64,000 nt of DNA from contig JALQYQ010000044.1 of assembly GCA_023262855.1 (NCBI GenBank), forward strand, positions 4,616 to 68,615, read 5' to 3'. The notes below the pieces were generated by a model that was not told where the DNA came from, ran no database searches, and saw only the letters and a list, made by a program, of their open reading frames with translations. Positions 9,637 to 19,677 of the stretch are shown here, piece after piece. This stretch comes from Crocinitomicaceae bacterium (GTDB taxonomy: Bacteria > Bacteroidota > Bacteroidia > Flavobacteriales_D > Crocinitomicaceae). How positions within the stretch are numbered: the first letter of the stretch is position 1; the number at the start of each line of letters is the position of its first letter. The position numbers were made by a program, and so were the translations under genes.

Positions 9637-11070
9637 GTGGAAAATCCTGTGTCTTCAATATTCAAACAGCAAATCACCCAGTTTTTTGAACATGCGCCAA
9701 CTTATGATCAAAGTCGCTTGATTGATGAATTGGAACGGTTCATGAAATTGAAGGAATCGCATCCCTTATTTTTGTTGAAAGGATACGCCGGAACAGGAAA
9801 AACGACCGTACTTGGAGCTTTCGTTAAAACCTTGACGCATTTCAAAGTGAAGTCACGTTTGTTGGCGCCAACCGGTCGAGCTGCAAAAGTGCTGAGCGCC
9901 CGTTCTTCCAAAGAAGCCTTCACGATTCACAAACAAATCTATCGCCGCAATTCGAAAGTGGATGAGTTTTCAGGAATGATGCTCGCACCAAATCTGCATA
10001 CAAACACTGTTTTTATTGTTGATGAAGCATCAATGATCGGTGACCATTCATTGCTAACAGATGGAAGTGTTTCAAACAGAAACTTATTGGACGATTTGTT
10101 CGAATACGTTTTTTCAGGAAAGAATTGCCGCTTGATTTTACTAGGTGATGAAGGTCAGCTGCCGCCTGTTGGATGCGACTATTCACCAGCTTTGGATGCC
10201 AACTTTTTAAAGAACAATTACTTCGCGCTTAACATTACTAAATTTTCATTGACAGAGGTTTTGCGACAAGCGAATGAATCGGGAATATTAGCGAATGCAA
10301 CAGAATTGCGTTCCTTGGACGATGACGATCATCCACAATTTCAGACAAAAGGCTATACTGATTTTGTGCGTTTACCTGGGGACGAATTTCAGGACGCTTT
10401 GGAAGCTGCGTATTCGTTCAGCGGGGCAGAGGAGACGATCATTATTACACGATCAAACAAACGGGCAAATGCGTACAATAATCAAATACGCGCTCGCTTG
10501 TTGTGGTACGAGGAAGCCTTGTGCGCTGGCGATTGCCTAATGGTTGTGAAGAATAATTATTACTGGATTGATGACCAATCGAAAATGGGATTCATTGCCA
10601 ACGGAGAAGCGTTGAAAGTCTTACGTGTGAAGAAAGTGGAAGAACTTTATGGCTTCGAATTCGCACGTGTGATTGTGAAGTTCAGTGATTACGATGAATT
10701 GGCAGAATTGGAAGTTTTAGTATTCATGGAATCTCTTCAAGTTGAAGCACCTTCTATCTCACGTGCACGATTGAAAGAATTGTTTTTTGCGATTGAACAA
10801 GATTATCAGCACGAACGCAATAAAAAGAAACGCTACGAATTGATTTTAAAAAATCCGTATTTCAACGCACTTCAAGTGAAATATGCCTATGCCATTACCT
10901 GCCACAAATCACAAGGTGGACAATGGGAACAGGTGTTTATCGATCAAGGATTTATCGAACCAGAATCGATTAATAAGGAATACCACCGTTGGCTTTACAC
11001 CGCCGTTACACGTGCCACTGAGAAATTGTATCTGGTGAATTTTACGGAAGACTTCTTCGGGGATTCGTGA
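9637..11070 (+). CDS. RecD-like superfamily 1 DNA helicase
   Basis: Walker A GYAGTGKTT, Walker B FIVDEASM, and the C-terminal UvrD_C-like AITCHKSQGGQW. GTG start. Confidence 0.8.
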   Translation: MENPVSSIFKQQITQFFEHAPTYDQSRLIDELERFMKLKESHPLFLLKGYAGTGKTTVLGAFVKTLTHFKVKSRLLAPTGRAAKVLSARSSKEAFTIHKQIYRRNSKVDEFSGMMLAPNLHTNTVFIVDEASMIGDHSLLTDGSVSNRNLLDDLFEYVFSGKNCRLILLGDEGQLPPVGCDYSPALDANFLKNNYFALNITKFSLTEVLRQANESGILANATELRSLDDDDHPQFQTKGYTDFVRLPGDEFQDALEAAYSFSGAEETIIITRSNKRANAYNNQIRARLLWYEEALCAGDCLMVVKNNYYWIDDQSKMGFIANGEALKVLRVKKVEELYGFEFARVIVKFSDYDELAELEVLVFMESLQVEAPSISRARLKELFFAIEQDYQHERNKKKRYELILKNPYFNALQVKYAYAITCHKSQGGQWEQVFIDQGFIEPESINKEYHRWLYTAVTRATEKLYLVNFTEDFFGDS

Positions 11071-11124
11071 TTTAGGATTCAGGATTCAGGATTCGTGATT
11101 CATGATTTGTAATTGATGAATTGC
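11062..11124. repeat. Nine tandem heptamers (gattcgt gatttag gattcag gattcag gattcgt gattcat gatttgt aattgat gaattgc)
   Basis: 7-nt periodicity read directly. The first unit contains the helicase TGA stop (11068-11070). Confidence 0.85.
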
Positions 11125-11166
11125 GTTAAACATCAATTCAAAAAAATAGTTTTGTTCTTAAATTCC

Positions 11167-11234
11167 TAGTCACTAGTCACAACCGCCGTCAGGCAGCAGC
11201 GCAGCTAATCATGAATTATAAATCACAAATCAAC
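11167..11234. repeat. GC-rich 26-nt core (aaccgccgtcaggcagcagcgcagct) flanked by heptamers (tagtcac x2; aatcatg aattata aatcaca aatcaac)
   Basis: The core is near-identical to the two cores at 24324 and 24369. The heptamer array runs across the stop codon of the minus-strand gene ending at 11223. Confidence 0.85.
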
Positions 11235-13487
11235 CAATTTCACGGACGTTGCTCCAACCGCAATTCTTGTTTTTGCCCATTCTTTGTTGAAACGATCGAT
11301 GACAATTTTGGCATTTTCTCGTGATAAATACGTTCCAGCGTACACATTCACTTCGTCTTTCAGTTTTTTCATAATTGTCGCTGTGCGCATCACACTCAAC
11401 ATGTCATTTTTAGACAATTTGTATTTCGCCATTAACGCTTGAAGCTCTGCATTTGAAATTTGTAAGTTGGAAGCAACTGGATCTGTGTAAGAATTCACTT
11501 CCAATTTGATTGCTCGATCCAAGTGAACGAACAATTCTGAGCGACGCAAACGCACATAAGTTGAATCGTTGCGATTTGTTGGATAAGAACTCAATTCAAC
11601 TGGATTGTTGCTTTTTATCGTTCTACAACCATTCCATTCTCCGATTCCTTGTCCACGAGCGATGATTGAAAATGGCACTTTTTTATCCAGTAAGCCTTCA
11701 AAAAATTGCAACAAGGCAACAGAATCTTTTTGGGTAAATAATTTACGATCTAAATTGTAAGCATCTGAAGCAAAAACGTCTTGTAATTCAACTTGAATGC
11801 GCGCATTGTAATTAGGTTCGGCATCTGTTACGTTAATATGTAACATTACTTCATCCGCTTGTTCCGATAAACACGATTCTGGAATGGCAATTAAGCGCAC
11901 TTCAAAGGCTTCTTTTTTCGCTGAAGCTGGAAATTGAAATTCTTGCGTCAACATGTCAAACGTCGTTGAATCTTCAAAAGTGTAAACACCATCTTTTTCA
12001 GTATAATTCGCCCAACGATAACCCATCATGGATTTGAATAAATCTAAGCGCTGTTGGTATTTTGCCATCAAATCAATTGCTTCTTGCTTTTGTTTTTCCA
12101 ATTCCTTGATTTTACGACCGTATTCATCAAATAAATTGTACAAATCGACAATCGATTGTTGTTTTTTGCGGCGGTCCTTCTTGTTTGAATCGGTTGTTGG
12201 TTGGTAATCAACTGGACCACCTCCGTAAGGTGTTTTACGTGCTTTTTTCTTTGCCTTTCTAACTTCTTTCGGTGCTTTACTGCTCGTTGTAATCGTCGAT
12301 TGAGTCATGTCAGAATAACCGTGTTCACCTTTTTCAATTTGTAATTCCGTTTCGTCTTTTTTCTTTGTATTGTAAGCTATCCAATAATCAAAGCCACGTT
12401 TTCCATAAATCATTTCATTCAACTTGGCAATTTTATTGAACTCCAAATCAGCAATGATGGAATAGAAAGTTGTTCCTTCTGAAAATGAAGAATCAGGTGA
12501 TAAAAAACGGGTGTCACCAGCACCAAACAAATGATAATTCAAGCCATTTCGTTCAACTACAACAGTTGTTTGCTTCTTAGAATTGTATCCCCATACATCG
12601 AAATGCACATTGGTGATGCGATTGTCTCCAATCGTCTCAAAATCATTGGTAGTAAAGAGTGCAGATTCAATTTCTTGCTCTTTTTTCGGAACAGGTGTTG
12701 ACAATTTTAATTGATACGGAAACAAGCCAATCGCTTTTGGTAATCCTTTGTTCCAACGTCCTTTTTCATCTTTTTCACGTTCTTCCAAGAGCCCAGAAGT
12801 AGCGCTTCCATCACCTGCAGCAACCAAAACATTCTCAAAATAATTTGCTTCACCACCCATTGCACGGTAAATTTCAGCAGTACGCTTTTCAACGTATTGA
12901 TTAATGACAGAATTAATCGCGTTCAAAGTAACAAAGCGATCATTTGCGTCTAAAAATCGCAGTGTTTCAATCAATGCCGTTCGATCATCTAAGGATAAAC
13001 TTGGATTGATCACCGAAATAACTTTTGGATGAGGTTCAACGGATTCACCTTTTTCTTTCAATGCGTTTGGAGGTAAAGCTGCAATTAGCATTTTTTCAAA
13101 TTCAGCATACTTTGCTTGATAAGGTTCTAACTCTTTGTCACTGCCTCTTTTTGCCAATAATACTTTGTTCAATTCCCAAATCGCCATTTTATTTGCAGCT
13201 TCAGAAATTATCCCTTTTGGTGATTTTGCAATTTCTTCGTTTCGAATGATCAACGATTCAGGGTTGTTCATAATGATTATTTCAACCGAATCGTAATTGA
13301 TTTCTTTGTTGTAGAAACGAATATCTGGTCCTTGGTAATCGAAGTAACGTCCAATGGAATTATCCAAAATCGGACTTTTCTTAACAATGTGAAACAAATA
13401 CGCGCGTTCTTCAGCAGACAATCCTTCGTTCACTTGTGCGAAGTTAAAAATAGGGAAGAGGAGAAAAAGAATGTAGATGTATTTCAT
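11223..13487 (-). CDS. Large secreted hypothetical protein (754 aa) with a Lys/Arg-rich disordered linker and a coiled coil
   Basis: Signal peptide MKYIYILFLLFPIFNFAQ. Central segment KAPKEVRKAKKKARKTPYGGGPVDYQPTTDSNKKDRRKKQQ is followed by a heptad-like KIKELEKQKQEAIDLMAKYQQRL. Confidence 0.5.
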   Translation of the reverse strand: MKYIYILFLLFPIFNFAQVNEGLSAEERAYLFHIVKKSPILDNSIGRYFDYQGPDIRFYNKEINYDSVEIIIMNNPESLIIRNEEIAKSPKGIISEAANKMAIWELNKVLLAKRGSDKELEPYQAKYAEFEKMLIAALPPNALKEKGESVEPHPKVISVINPSLSLDDRTALIETLRFLDANDRFVTLNAINSVINQYVEKRTAEIYRAMGGEANYFENVLVAAGDGSATSGLLEEREKDEKGRWNKGLPKAIGLFPYQLKLSTPVPKKEQEIESALFTTNDFETIGDNRITNVHFDVWGYNSKKQTTVVVERNGLNYHLFGAGDTRFLSPDSSFSEGTTFYSIIADLEFNKIAKLNEMIYGKRGFDYWIAYNTKKKDETELQIEKGEHGYSDMTQSTITTSSKAPKEVRKAKKKARKTPYGGGPVDYQPTTDSNKKDRRKKQQSIVDLYNLFDEYGRKIKELEKQKQEAIDLMAKYQQRLDLFKSMMGYRWANYTEKDGVYTFEDSTTFDMLTQEFQFPASAKKEAFEVRLIAIPESCLSEQADEVMLHINVTDAEPNYNARIQVELQDVFASDAYNLDRKLFTQKDSVALLQFFEGLLDKKVPFSIIARGQGIGEWNGCRTIKSNNPVELSSYPTNRNDSTYVRLRRSELFVHLDRAIKLEVNSYTDPVASNLQISNAELQALMAKYKLSKNDMLSVMRTATIMKKLKDEVNVYAGTYLSRENAKIVIDRFNKEWAKTRIAVGATSVKLVDL

Positions 13488-13583
13488 TGCGTTTCGTTTA
13501 TTGCTGGGCAGCGGATCAACTGCTCAATAACTTATTTTCGTGTTAAAGGTAACATGCCTAAAGCGATTTTTTTCTTTTTGGTC

Positions 13584-13618
13584 AAAAAAAAAGCGTCCCA
13601 ATCAAATGAGACGCTTTC
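13584..13618 (-). terminator. Rho-independent terminator of the T9SS-cargo gene
   Basis: 8-bp stem aaagcgtc/gacgcttt with a 12-nt loop. On the minus strand it is followed by a run of 9 T. Confidence 0.6.
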
Positions 13619-13635
13619 CTAAAATTCTTGTTTTT

Positions 13636-14700
13636 TTATTTGATAACAACTGTTTGTGTTGATTCAACACCGTTGTTTGTCAAGCCTACTAAGTAGATTC
13701 CTTTGTTCAATGACGATAAGTCAACTGTTGTTCCATTTGTTAATGAAGCAACTGTGTAGACTACGCGTCCTGTTTGATCGAAAATTGTCGCTTTCGCATC
13801 TGCAGCAAATTCACCTTTGAATGTTACAATTCCTTCTGATGGATTTGGATAAACAGAGAATTCAGCAGTTTGAGCATCGTTGATTCCTAAATTGTATATT
13901 GGAGCGTAAGCAGATACAACATTTGTTTGCGACATCAATGGTGTTCCTCCACCAGCTAATGAAATTGCAACAACTGTGTGAATAAACACTGGTAAGTTAC
14001 TTGTTGCTACATCGTAATATTCATATTGAGTTCGAACAAATTCGATATCCATTACTCCAATGAAATTCACTTGTGTAAAAACTGTATCCACCATTTTGTA
14101 GCGAATTACGTTTGAAAGAGAAGTTGAATTCGGTAATAACAATGTTCCTTGTCCATCAATTGCCACATTTGCTACACCAGTTGCTGTAGGGTTTTGTGGG
14201 ATACCGTTAAAGTCGAAAGCTAAACTTCCAGCAAAATTGTCAGTGAAATAGTTTCCGTTTGCAAATGGGTATTGAACCGATGTTTCATTATCAACATCAA
14301 ACGTTGCTAAAACAGTTCCAAAAGCTGGCTCTTCGTATACAAAACCTTGAGAAATACGCTCAGAAGCAGATGAAGAGAAGTAGTTAGCAATTGAACCTTG
14401 AATGCTCATTACTTTTGTAGATGTTGGGAAAGAAGAAGCAAATGCTGTCGTAGAAGCATCCAAAATTTCAATGGTTCTTGTTTCCATGTTCATTCCAACA
14501 ATGTTTGAATAATCCCACGTAACACCTGTTCCTGTAATGTTCGGATAAGCATCAGTCAATGTATCCAATAAATACATCATTTGTGTAGCTCCAACAGCAG
14601 GTTCGTTAGAAGCATCCAATTGTTGCGCTTGAGAAGCAGCAGAAAATAGTAGTGCAGTGAAGAGTAAATGTTTTTTCATCGTTTTTTTAATTTTTTTCAA
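13636..14700 (-). CDS. Secreted protein with a T9SS type A C-terminal sorting domain
   Basis: Signal peptide. C-terminal FSVYPNPSEGIVTFKG...LNKGIYLVGLTNNGVESTQTVVIK is a typical Por secretion tail. Confidence 0.7.
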   Translation of the reverse strand: MKKIKKTMKKHLLFTALLFSAASQAQQLDASNEPAVGATQMMYLLDTLTDAYPNITGTGVTWDYSNIVGMNMETRTIEILDASTTAFASSFPTSTKVMSIQGSIANYFSSSASERISQGFVYEEPAFGTVLATFDVDNETSVQYPFANGNYFTDNFAGSLAFDFNGIPQNPTATGVANVAIDGQGTLLLPNSTSLSNVIRYKMVDTVFTQVNFIGVMDIEFVRTQYEYYDVATSNLPVFIHTVVAISLAGGGTPLMSQTNVVSAYAPIYNLGINDAQTAEFSVYPNPSEGIVTFKGEFAADAKATIFDQTGRVVYTVASLTNGTTVDLSSLNKGIYLVGLTNNGVESTQTVVIK

Positions 14701-14778
14701 ACTTACTTAAAACCAAATGAATCCGCCAAGTGTTTCCTATTAAACGGTAAAAAAATCATTTAAATGGAATCTACTAGT

Positions 14779-14786
14779 TACATTTG
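14779..14786 (+). promoter_or_regulatory. Bacteroidota -7 box (TAcaTTTG) upstream of the RND/MMPL gene
   Basis: Matches TAnnTTTG about 30 nt upstream of ATG 14816. No clear -33 TTG seen. Confidence 0.35.
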
Positions 14787-14815
14787 TTTGAACCTAAAAC
14801 GGCAATACATTGAAA

Positions 14816-17092
14816 ATGGTTGGTGAAATCAAATTAAAAAGAAAAGCAAGACTTGTTTTTATACTGGTTTTAGCCGCTACCATCCTTGTTGCATTGGGTT
14901 TGTTCAAGTTGCGTTTTGATTACGATTTTGAAAAGTTCTTTCCTGCCGATGACGAAGAATCTGTGTTTTTTAAACAACATCGTGCAAAATTTGAATCAGA
15001 CAATGATTTTTTGCTCATAGCTATTGAACACAAGCAAGGCATTTTCAACCTTCCTTTTCTCAACAAAGTAGATCAACTCACGAAAGAACTAAATGAAAAA
15101 GTTCCGCACGTTTTGTTAGTGGCTTCCATTACGAATCAAAAGGAAACCTTGATTTTACCCGGAGGAATAAAGGTCGAAAATCCATACATTCATTTTAATA
15201 GCAAACTGCTAAAGCAAGATTCTACACGGATTTATAATTCAAAGGAACTCATTAACTCCTTGGTCTCAAAAGATGGAAAATCGCTCTGCATCTTCATTCG
15301 CCACAAGGATTACATCGTAAAAAAGGAAAGCGATGTGATGCTTGCTAAAATGAATTCAATTATCGATAAGTACAATTTTGAAGGTGTGCACATTGCAGGT
15401 CGAACAGTTGGACAAAAACTCTACGTAGAGAAAATGATTTACGAAATGATCTTTTTCCTTTGTTTGAGTGCTGTTCTGATTGTCATCTTCTTAATCATTG
15501 CTTTTCGCTCCTTCTGGGGTATTTTCATTCCGCTTTTCGTTATTTTACTTTCCACTGTTTGGGTAATTGGCCTCATGGGCTGGTTTGATGAGCCAATCAA
15601 TATTTTGCTTGTTACCTTGCCGTGTATCATGTTTGTGGTCGGAATGTCGGATGTAATTCACCTCGTCTCGAAATACTTGGATGCATTGCGTGAAGATCAC
15701 AGCAAATTGGACGCTATCAAAATCACCTTAAAAGAAGTTGGTTTCTCAACATTTGTAACGGCTGTCACTACTTCACTTGGGTTTTTTACACTCTATTTTG
15801 TGAATGTACAACCGATACAAGTCTTCGGAATTGTTGCCGGAATTGGCGTTTTCATTGCCTTCGTGATTACGATGCTTTTGTTGCCCGTTTTGCTTTATTT
15901 GTTTCCGTCTCCCTTATTCATCGCTGAAAAACGCAACGAAAATGTGTGGTCTGTTTACTTGCGAAAATGGTTCATTTTTGTCTTGCGCAAACGTAAAATA
16001 ATCTTGGCGACCTACATTGTAATTTGTGCGGTGAGTTTCATTGGATTGAGTTTCATGAAAACCAACAATTTCTTGATGGACGATTTGCGTGCCGATGAAC
16101 CTTTGAAGCAAGATTTCAATTACCTCGATAAACATTACGGCGGAATTCGTCCTTTTGAAGTGGCCGTTACCCTGAAAGATTCAACAATGAATTTGTGGGA
16201 TTTAGAAGTGCTCGCAGAAATGGAAAAGGTGGAGCATTACCTTGAAACGGTTTACGGGGCAGAAGTGAAAAATTCCTTGGTTGGAACCTTGAAAGTGGTG
16301 AATCGATCGGCACATGGTGGAAATCCTGCAGAATACAAATTGCCAACTACGCAACGCGAATTAAAAAAATACCGAAGAGCCATTCGTGGAATCAATCAAG
16401 GAAAGTACTTGCGCATTTTGTTGGATGAAAACGAACGTGTTTCGCGCATCAATGGTAATTTCCCGGATATCGGAAACCACGCTATTGCGAAGAAAAATGA
16501 GGAGTTCAAGCGTTTCACAGATGGTTTAGCCTTGAAAGGGAAACTTGAATTTAAAGTGACGGGAACGGCTCATTTGTTCGACAAAAACATGCGATATCTC
16601 TCAGTGAATCTCGTTGAAGGATTGTCCTTTGAAATTGTGTTGGTCGCTTTGATTATGGGATTTCTATATAAATCCATTCGCATGATGGTGATAAGTATGA
16701 TTCCAAATTTAATTCCCTTGTTGGTAATCAGCGGTATCATGGGCTTTTGTGGCGTCGATTTGAAAATTAGTACAGCGATCATTTTCACCATTGCCTTGGG
16801 TATCGCCATTGATGACACCATTCACATCCTCGGGAAATTCAAGTTTGAAGGACTCAAAGGAAAATCAAAGAATTATGCTTTGAAAACAGCTTATTTAACC
16901 ACTGGAAAAGCGATGATTCTAACGTCTTTGGTTTTATGTAGTGGATTTTTTATGCTTGTTTTCTCTAGCTTCAACGGAACGTTCTACATGGGATTATTGC
17001 TGTGTATTACCTTGTTTGTTGCTTTGATTACAGAGTTGACCTTGCTTCCAGTACTAATTTTCATGTTCTACAACCCGAAACGAAAAGGCTAA
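14816..17092 (+). CDS. RND-superfamily / MMPL-type exporter
   Basis: About 758 aa with two 6-TM bundles separated by large periplasmic loops (duplicated architecture). Start moved to the in-frame ATG 14816. Confidence 0.7.
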   Translation: MVGEIKLKRKARLVFILVLAATILVALGLFKLRFDYDFEKFFPADDEESVFFKQHRAKFESDNDFLLIAIEHKQGIFNLPFLNKVDQLTKELNEKVPHVLLVASITNQKETLILPGGIKVENPYIHFNSKLLKQDSTRIYNSKELINSLVSKDGKSLCIFIRHKDYIVKKESDVMLAKMNSIIDKYNFEGVHIAGRTVGQKLYVEKMIYEMIFFLCLSAVLIVIFLIIAFRSFWGIFIPLFVILLSTVWVIGLMGWFDEPINILLVTLPCIMFVVGMSDVIHLVSKYLDALREDHSKLDAIKITLKEVGFSTFVTAVTTSLGFFTLYFVNVQPIQVFGIVAGIGVFIAFVITMLLLPVLLYLFPSPLFIAEKRNENVWSVYLRKWFIFVLRKRKIILATYIVICAVSFIGLSFMKTNNFLMDDLRADEPLKQDFNYLDKHYGGIRPFEVAVTLKDSTMNLWDLEVLAEMEKVEHYLETVYGAEVKNSLVGTLKVVNRSAHGGNPAEYKLPTTQRELKKYRRAIRGINQGKYLRILLDENERVSRINGNFPDIGNHAIAKKNEEFKRFTDGLALKGKLEFKVTGTAHLFDKNMRYLSVNLVEGLSFEIVLVALIMGFLYKSIRMMVISMIPNLIPLLVISGIMGFCGVDLKISTAIIFTIALGIAIDDTIHILGKFKFEGLKGKSKNYALKTAYLTTGKAMILTSLVLCSGFFMLVFSSFNGTFYMGLLLCITLFVALITELTLLPVLIFMFYNPKRKG

Positions 17093-17152
17093 GTTACGCG
17101 TCAGTTTTTTTTTCTATTTTTAGCCCTCACTAGTAATGAAAATAGGAAAAGA

Positions 17153-19081
17153 ATGGGTTTCAATGATTTATTTCGCAAAAAGACAGTTCAAGATATCATG
17201 CAACAAGTGGCAGCCGGACAAACAGATGATGCGCACGGTTCACTTGGAAAACATCTGAAAGTTCGCGATTTAGCAGCCTTCGGTATTGCAGCAATTATTG
17301 GTGCTGGAATTTTTAGTACGATCGGTGAAGCAAGTTCGCAAGGTGGTCCAGCAGTAATTTTCTTATTCTTATTTACAGCAATTGCATGTGGATTTGCAGC
17401 GTTTGCCTATGCTGAATTCGCGTCAATGGTTCCCGTTTCTGGTAGTGCGTACACGTATTCGTATGTGGCCTTCGGAGAAATCATCGCTTGGATAATCGGT
17501 TGGGCTTTAATCATGGAATATGCCATTGGAAACATTACAGTTGCCATTTCCTGGAGCGATTACTTTACAGGAATGTTGGAAGGAATGCACATCAATTTAC
17601 CGCAATGGATTCAAACGGATTATTTAACCGCTTCAAACGGTTATGAAAAAGCGATGGCACTTACACAAGGAGGAAAGCCTTTTGCTTCATTGGATGAAGG
17701 TTTACAAGCTGCGCATACTGCTTGGACAACTTCTCCTACAATCGGTGGTTTTCACTTGATTTTTGATTTACCAGCCTTATTCATTATTGTGTTAATCACA
17801 TGGTTGGTTTACCGCGGAATGAAAGAAAGTCGCAATGCTTCAAATGCCATGGTAGTTGTCAAATTGGCCATTATTCTCTTGGTGATTGCAGTCGGAATCT
17901 TCTATGTTGATACAAAAAATTGGAGTCCATTCGCACCAAATGGAATTGGAGGAATCTTGAAAGGAGTTTCAGCTGTTTTCTTTGCTTACATTGGTTTTGA
18001 TGCCATTTCAACAACAGCAGAAGAGTGTGAAAATCCACAGCGCGATTTACCACGAGGAATGATGTGGGCAATTATCATTTGTACCGTTTTATACATTATC
18101 ATAGCGCTCATTCTTACTGGAATCGTTTCGTACAAAGATTTAGCTGTTGGAGATCCTTTGGCCTTTGTGTTTGATAAAATTGATTTAACCTGGATGTCTG
18201 GGATCATTGCTGTGAGTGCTGTTGTAGCGATGGCTTCGGTTTTGTTGGTCTTCCAAATGGGACAACCACGTATTTGGATGAGCATGAGCCGTGATGGATT
18301 GTTACCAAAGAAATTTTCACGCATTCACCCTAAATTCAAAACACCTTCATACGCAACGGTTGTTGTAGGATTTGTCGTTGCTGTTCCTGCATTGTTCATG
18401 AACTTGACAATGGTAACAGATTTATGTTCAATTGGAACCTTGTTTGCCTTTGTATTGGTATGCGGAGGTGTGTTGGTCTTGCAAAACAAACCTGATATTC
18501 CACGTGGAAAATTCAAAACACCGTATGTGAATGGGAAATTTGTCATGCCAATCCTTGCGATTGGGACAATTGTCTTGTTGTTTACAACTTACAAATCTGA
18601 AACAATGGCTTTCTTGCAAAATGAGAAAGAATTGAAAACAAAAGAAGAAATCATTGATGAATTAGCGCCAACTCAGACATTGGAATTAAAGACGAAGTTG
18701 GAAGAAGCGAATCCAAAGGAAATGAAAGAAGTGGGAGGAGACATCACGGCGTATTACGAAAAAGCTGAATTCAAGGATTTCTCTGCGGATGTGATTGCAG
18801 TTGGATTCAACAAAACAGAATTGTACAAACATGGATTCAATCATTTCGCGCACAAGATTCCAACGTGGATTTTCATTCTATTCACGATCTTCATTACGTT
18901 TGCTTCAATCGCCAAAAATCTATCGTTGATTCCATTGTTAGGTTTGTTGTCGTGCTTGTATATGATGAGTCAAATCCAATTATCTAACTGGTTGTATTTC
19001 ATGGGGTGGTTGGTGTTAGGCTTGGTGATTTACTTTGGGTATAGCCGCCGCAACTCAAAGCTCAATGCCGTAAGTGAGTAG
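17153..19081 (+). CDS. APC-superfamily amino-acid permease, cationic amino-acid transporter (14-TM) type
   Basis: N-terminal GIAAIIGAGIFSTIGEA signature and 12 core TMs. A ~95-aa charged loop precedes two extra C-terminal TMs. Confidence 0.8.
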   Translation: MGFNDLFRKKTVQDIMQQVAAGQTDDAHGSLGKHLKVRDLAAFGIAAIIGAGIFSTIGEASSQGGPAVIFLFLFTAIACGFAAFAYAEFASMVPVSGSAYTYSYVAFGEIIAWIIGWALIMEYAIGNITVAISWSDYFTGMLEGMHINLPQWIQTDYLTASNGYEKAMALTQGGKPFASLDEGLQAAHTAWTTSPTIGGFHLIFDLPALFIIVLITWLVYRGMKESRNASNAMVVVKLAIILLVIAVGIFYVDTKNWSPFAPNGIGGILKGVSAVFFAYIGFDAISTTAEECENPQRDLPRGMMWAIIICTVLYIIIALILTGIVSYKDLAVGDPLAFVFDKIDLTWMSGIIAVSAVVAMASVLLVFQMGQPRIWMSMSRDGLLPKKFSRIHPKFKTPSYATVVVGFVVAVPALFMNLTMVTDLCSIGTLFAFVLVCGGVLVLQNKPDIPRGKFKTPYVNGKFVMPILAIGTIVLLFTTYKSETMAFLQNEKELKTKEEIIDELAPTQTLELKTKLEEANPKEMKEVGGDITAYYEKAEFKDFSADVIAVGFNKTELYKHGFNHFAHKIPTWIFILFTIFITFASIAKNLSLIPLLGLLSCLYMMSQIQLSNWLYFMGWLVLGLVIYFGYSRRNSKLNAVSE

Positions 19082-19116
19082 AGGTTTTTAACGCACCGCG
19101 CAGCAGCCACGAAGTG

Positions 19117-19677
19117 AAAGGCACAAAGAGCGCAAAGGTTCGCTGAGTTTTTACTACTTGAATTAAGATAACTCTCCGCGTTCTCTTCGTCCTCAATCTC
19201 CTCTGCGTTGAAAATTAAACGCAAAGACGCAAAGTGCGCAAAGTGAGATTCACCTGCTCAAAAAAACAAACCACAAAGTTACATAGGTGTTGATAGATGC
19301 ACTTGGTGCTGAGATCTCATAAGTTGGAGAATTTACAAGGTAAATTCAACTATGTTTTCTTAAGTAGGCTTTGGGTGTAGCTTAAACTATGTGCCTATGT
19401 GGTTAAATTTTAAACTATTCTCCGCGCTCTCTTCGTCCTCATTTTAACTCTGCGTTGAAAATTAAACGCAAAGGCACAAAGAGCGCAAAGGTTCGCTGAG
19501 TTTTTACTACTTGAATTAAGATAACTCTCCGCGCTCTCTTCGTCCTCAATCTCCTCTGCGTTGAAAATTAAACGCAAAGTCGCAAAGCCCGCAAAGGTTC
19601 GCTAAGTTTTTACTGGTCATGAATAGAAAATCTCCGCGCTCTCTGCGTCCTCAATCTCCTCTGCGTTGAAAAATTAA
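19117..19677. repeat. Array of a ~110-bp intergenic repeat: two near-identical full copies, one half copy and one diverged copy
   Basis: 19117-19226 and 19470-19579 differ at one position by hand alignment. The half copy is 19417-19469 and the diverged copy is 19580-19677. Units contain cgcaaag word runs and the hairpin tgcgtt-gaaaatta-aacgca. Confidence 0.9.
19269..19404. repeat. Long hairpin element with octamer-word arms (aaccacaaagttacatagg ... cctatgtgcctatgtggtt) enclosing ~100 nt
   Basis: The arms are reverse complements except for a central 4-5 nt. The element is inserted between repeat copies. It has the same architecture as 62925-63050. Confidence 0.7.

Noticed and set aside
17871-18619. 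Four minus-strand ORFs (63-112 aa) inside the permease gene, and similar antisense ORFs inside the RND, TonB-receptor, gatB, GH3 and other long genes.
   Set aside because: Each is fully contained in a longer ORF with strong family motifs, and none has a recognisable domain or promoter context.
19030-19224. 64-aa minus-strand ORF (MRLIFNAEEIEDEENAE...).
   Set aside because: It lies entirely in the intergenic repeat unit and overlaps the permease 3' end. Its sequence is simply the translation of the word repeats.
19117-19677. Possible CRISPR array or rRNA/tRNA remnant in the large non-coding gap.
   Set aside because: The units are ~110 bp, directly adjacent or separated by another repeat, and have no spacer structure. 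I could not recognise any cloverleaf or rRNA-like conserved segment.
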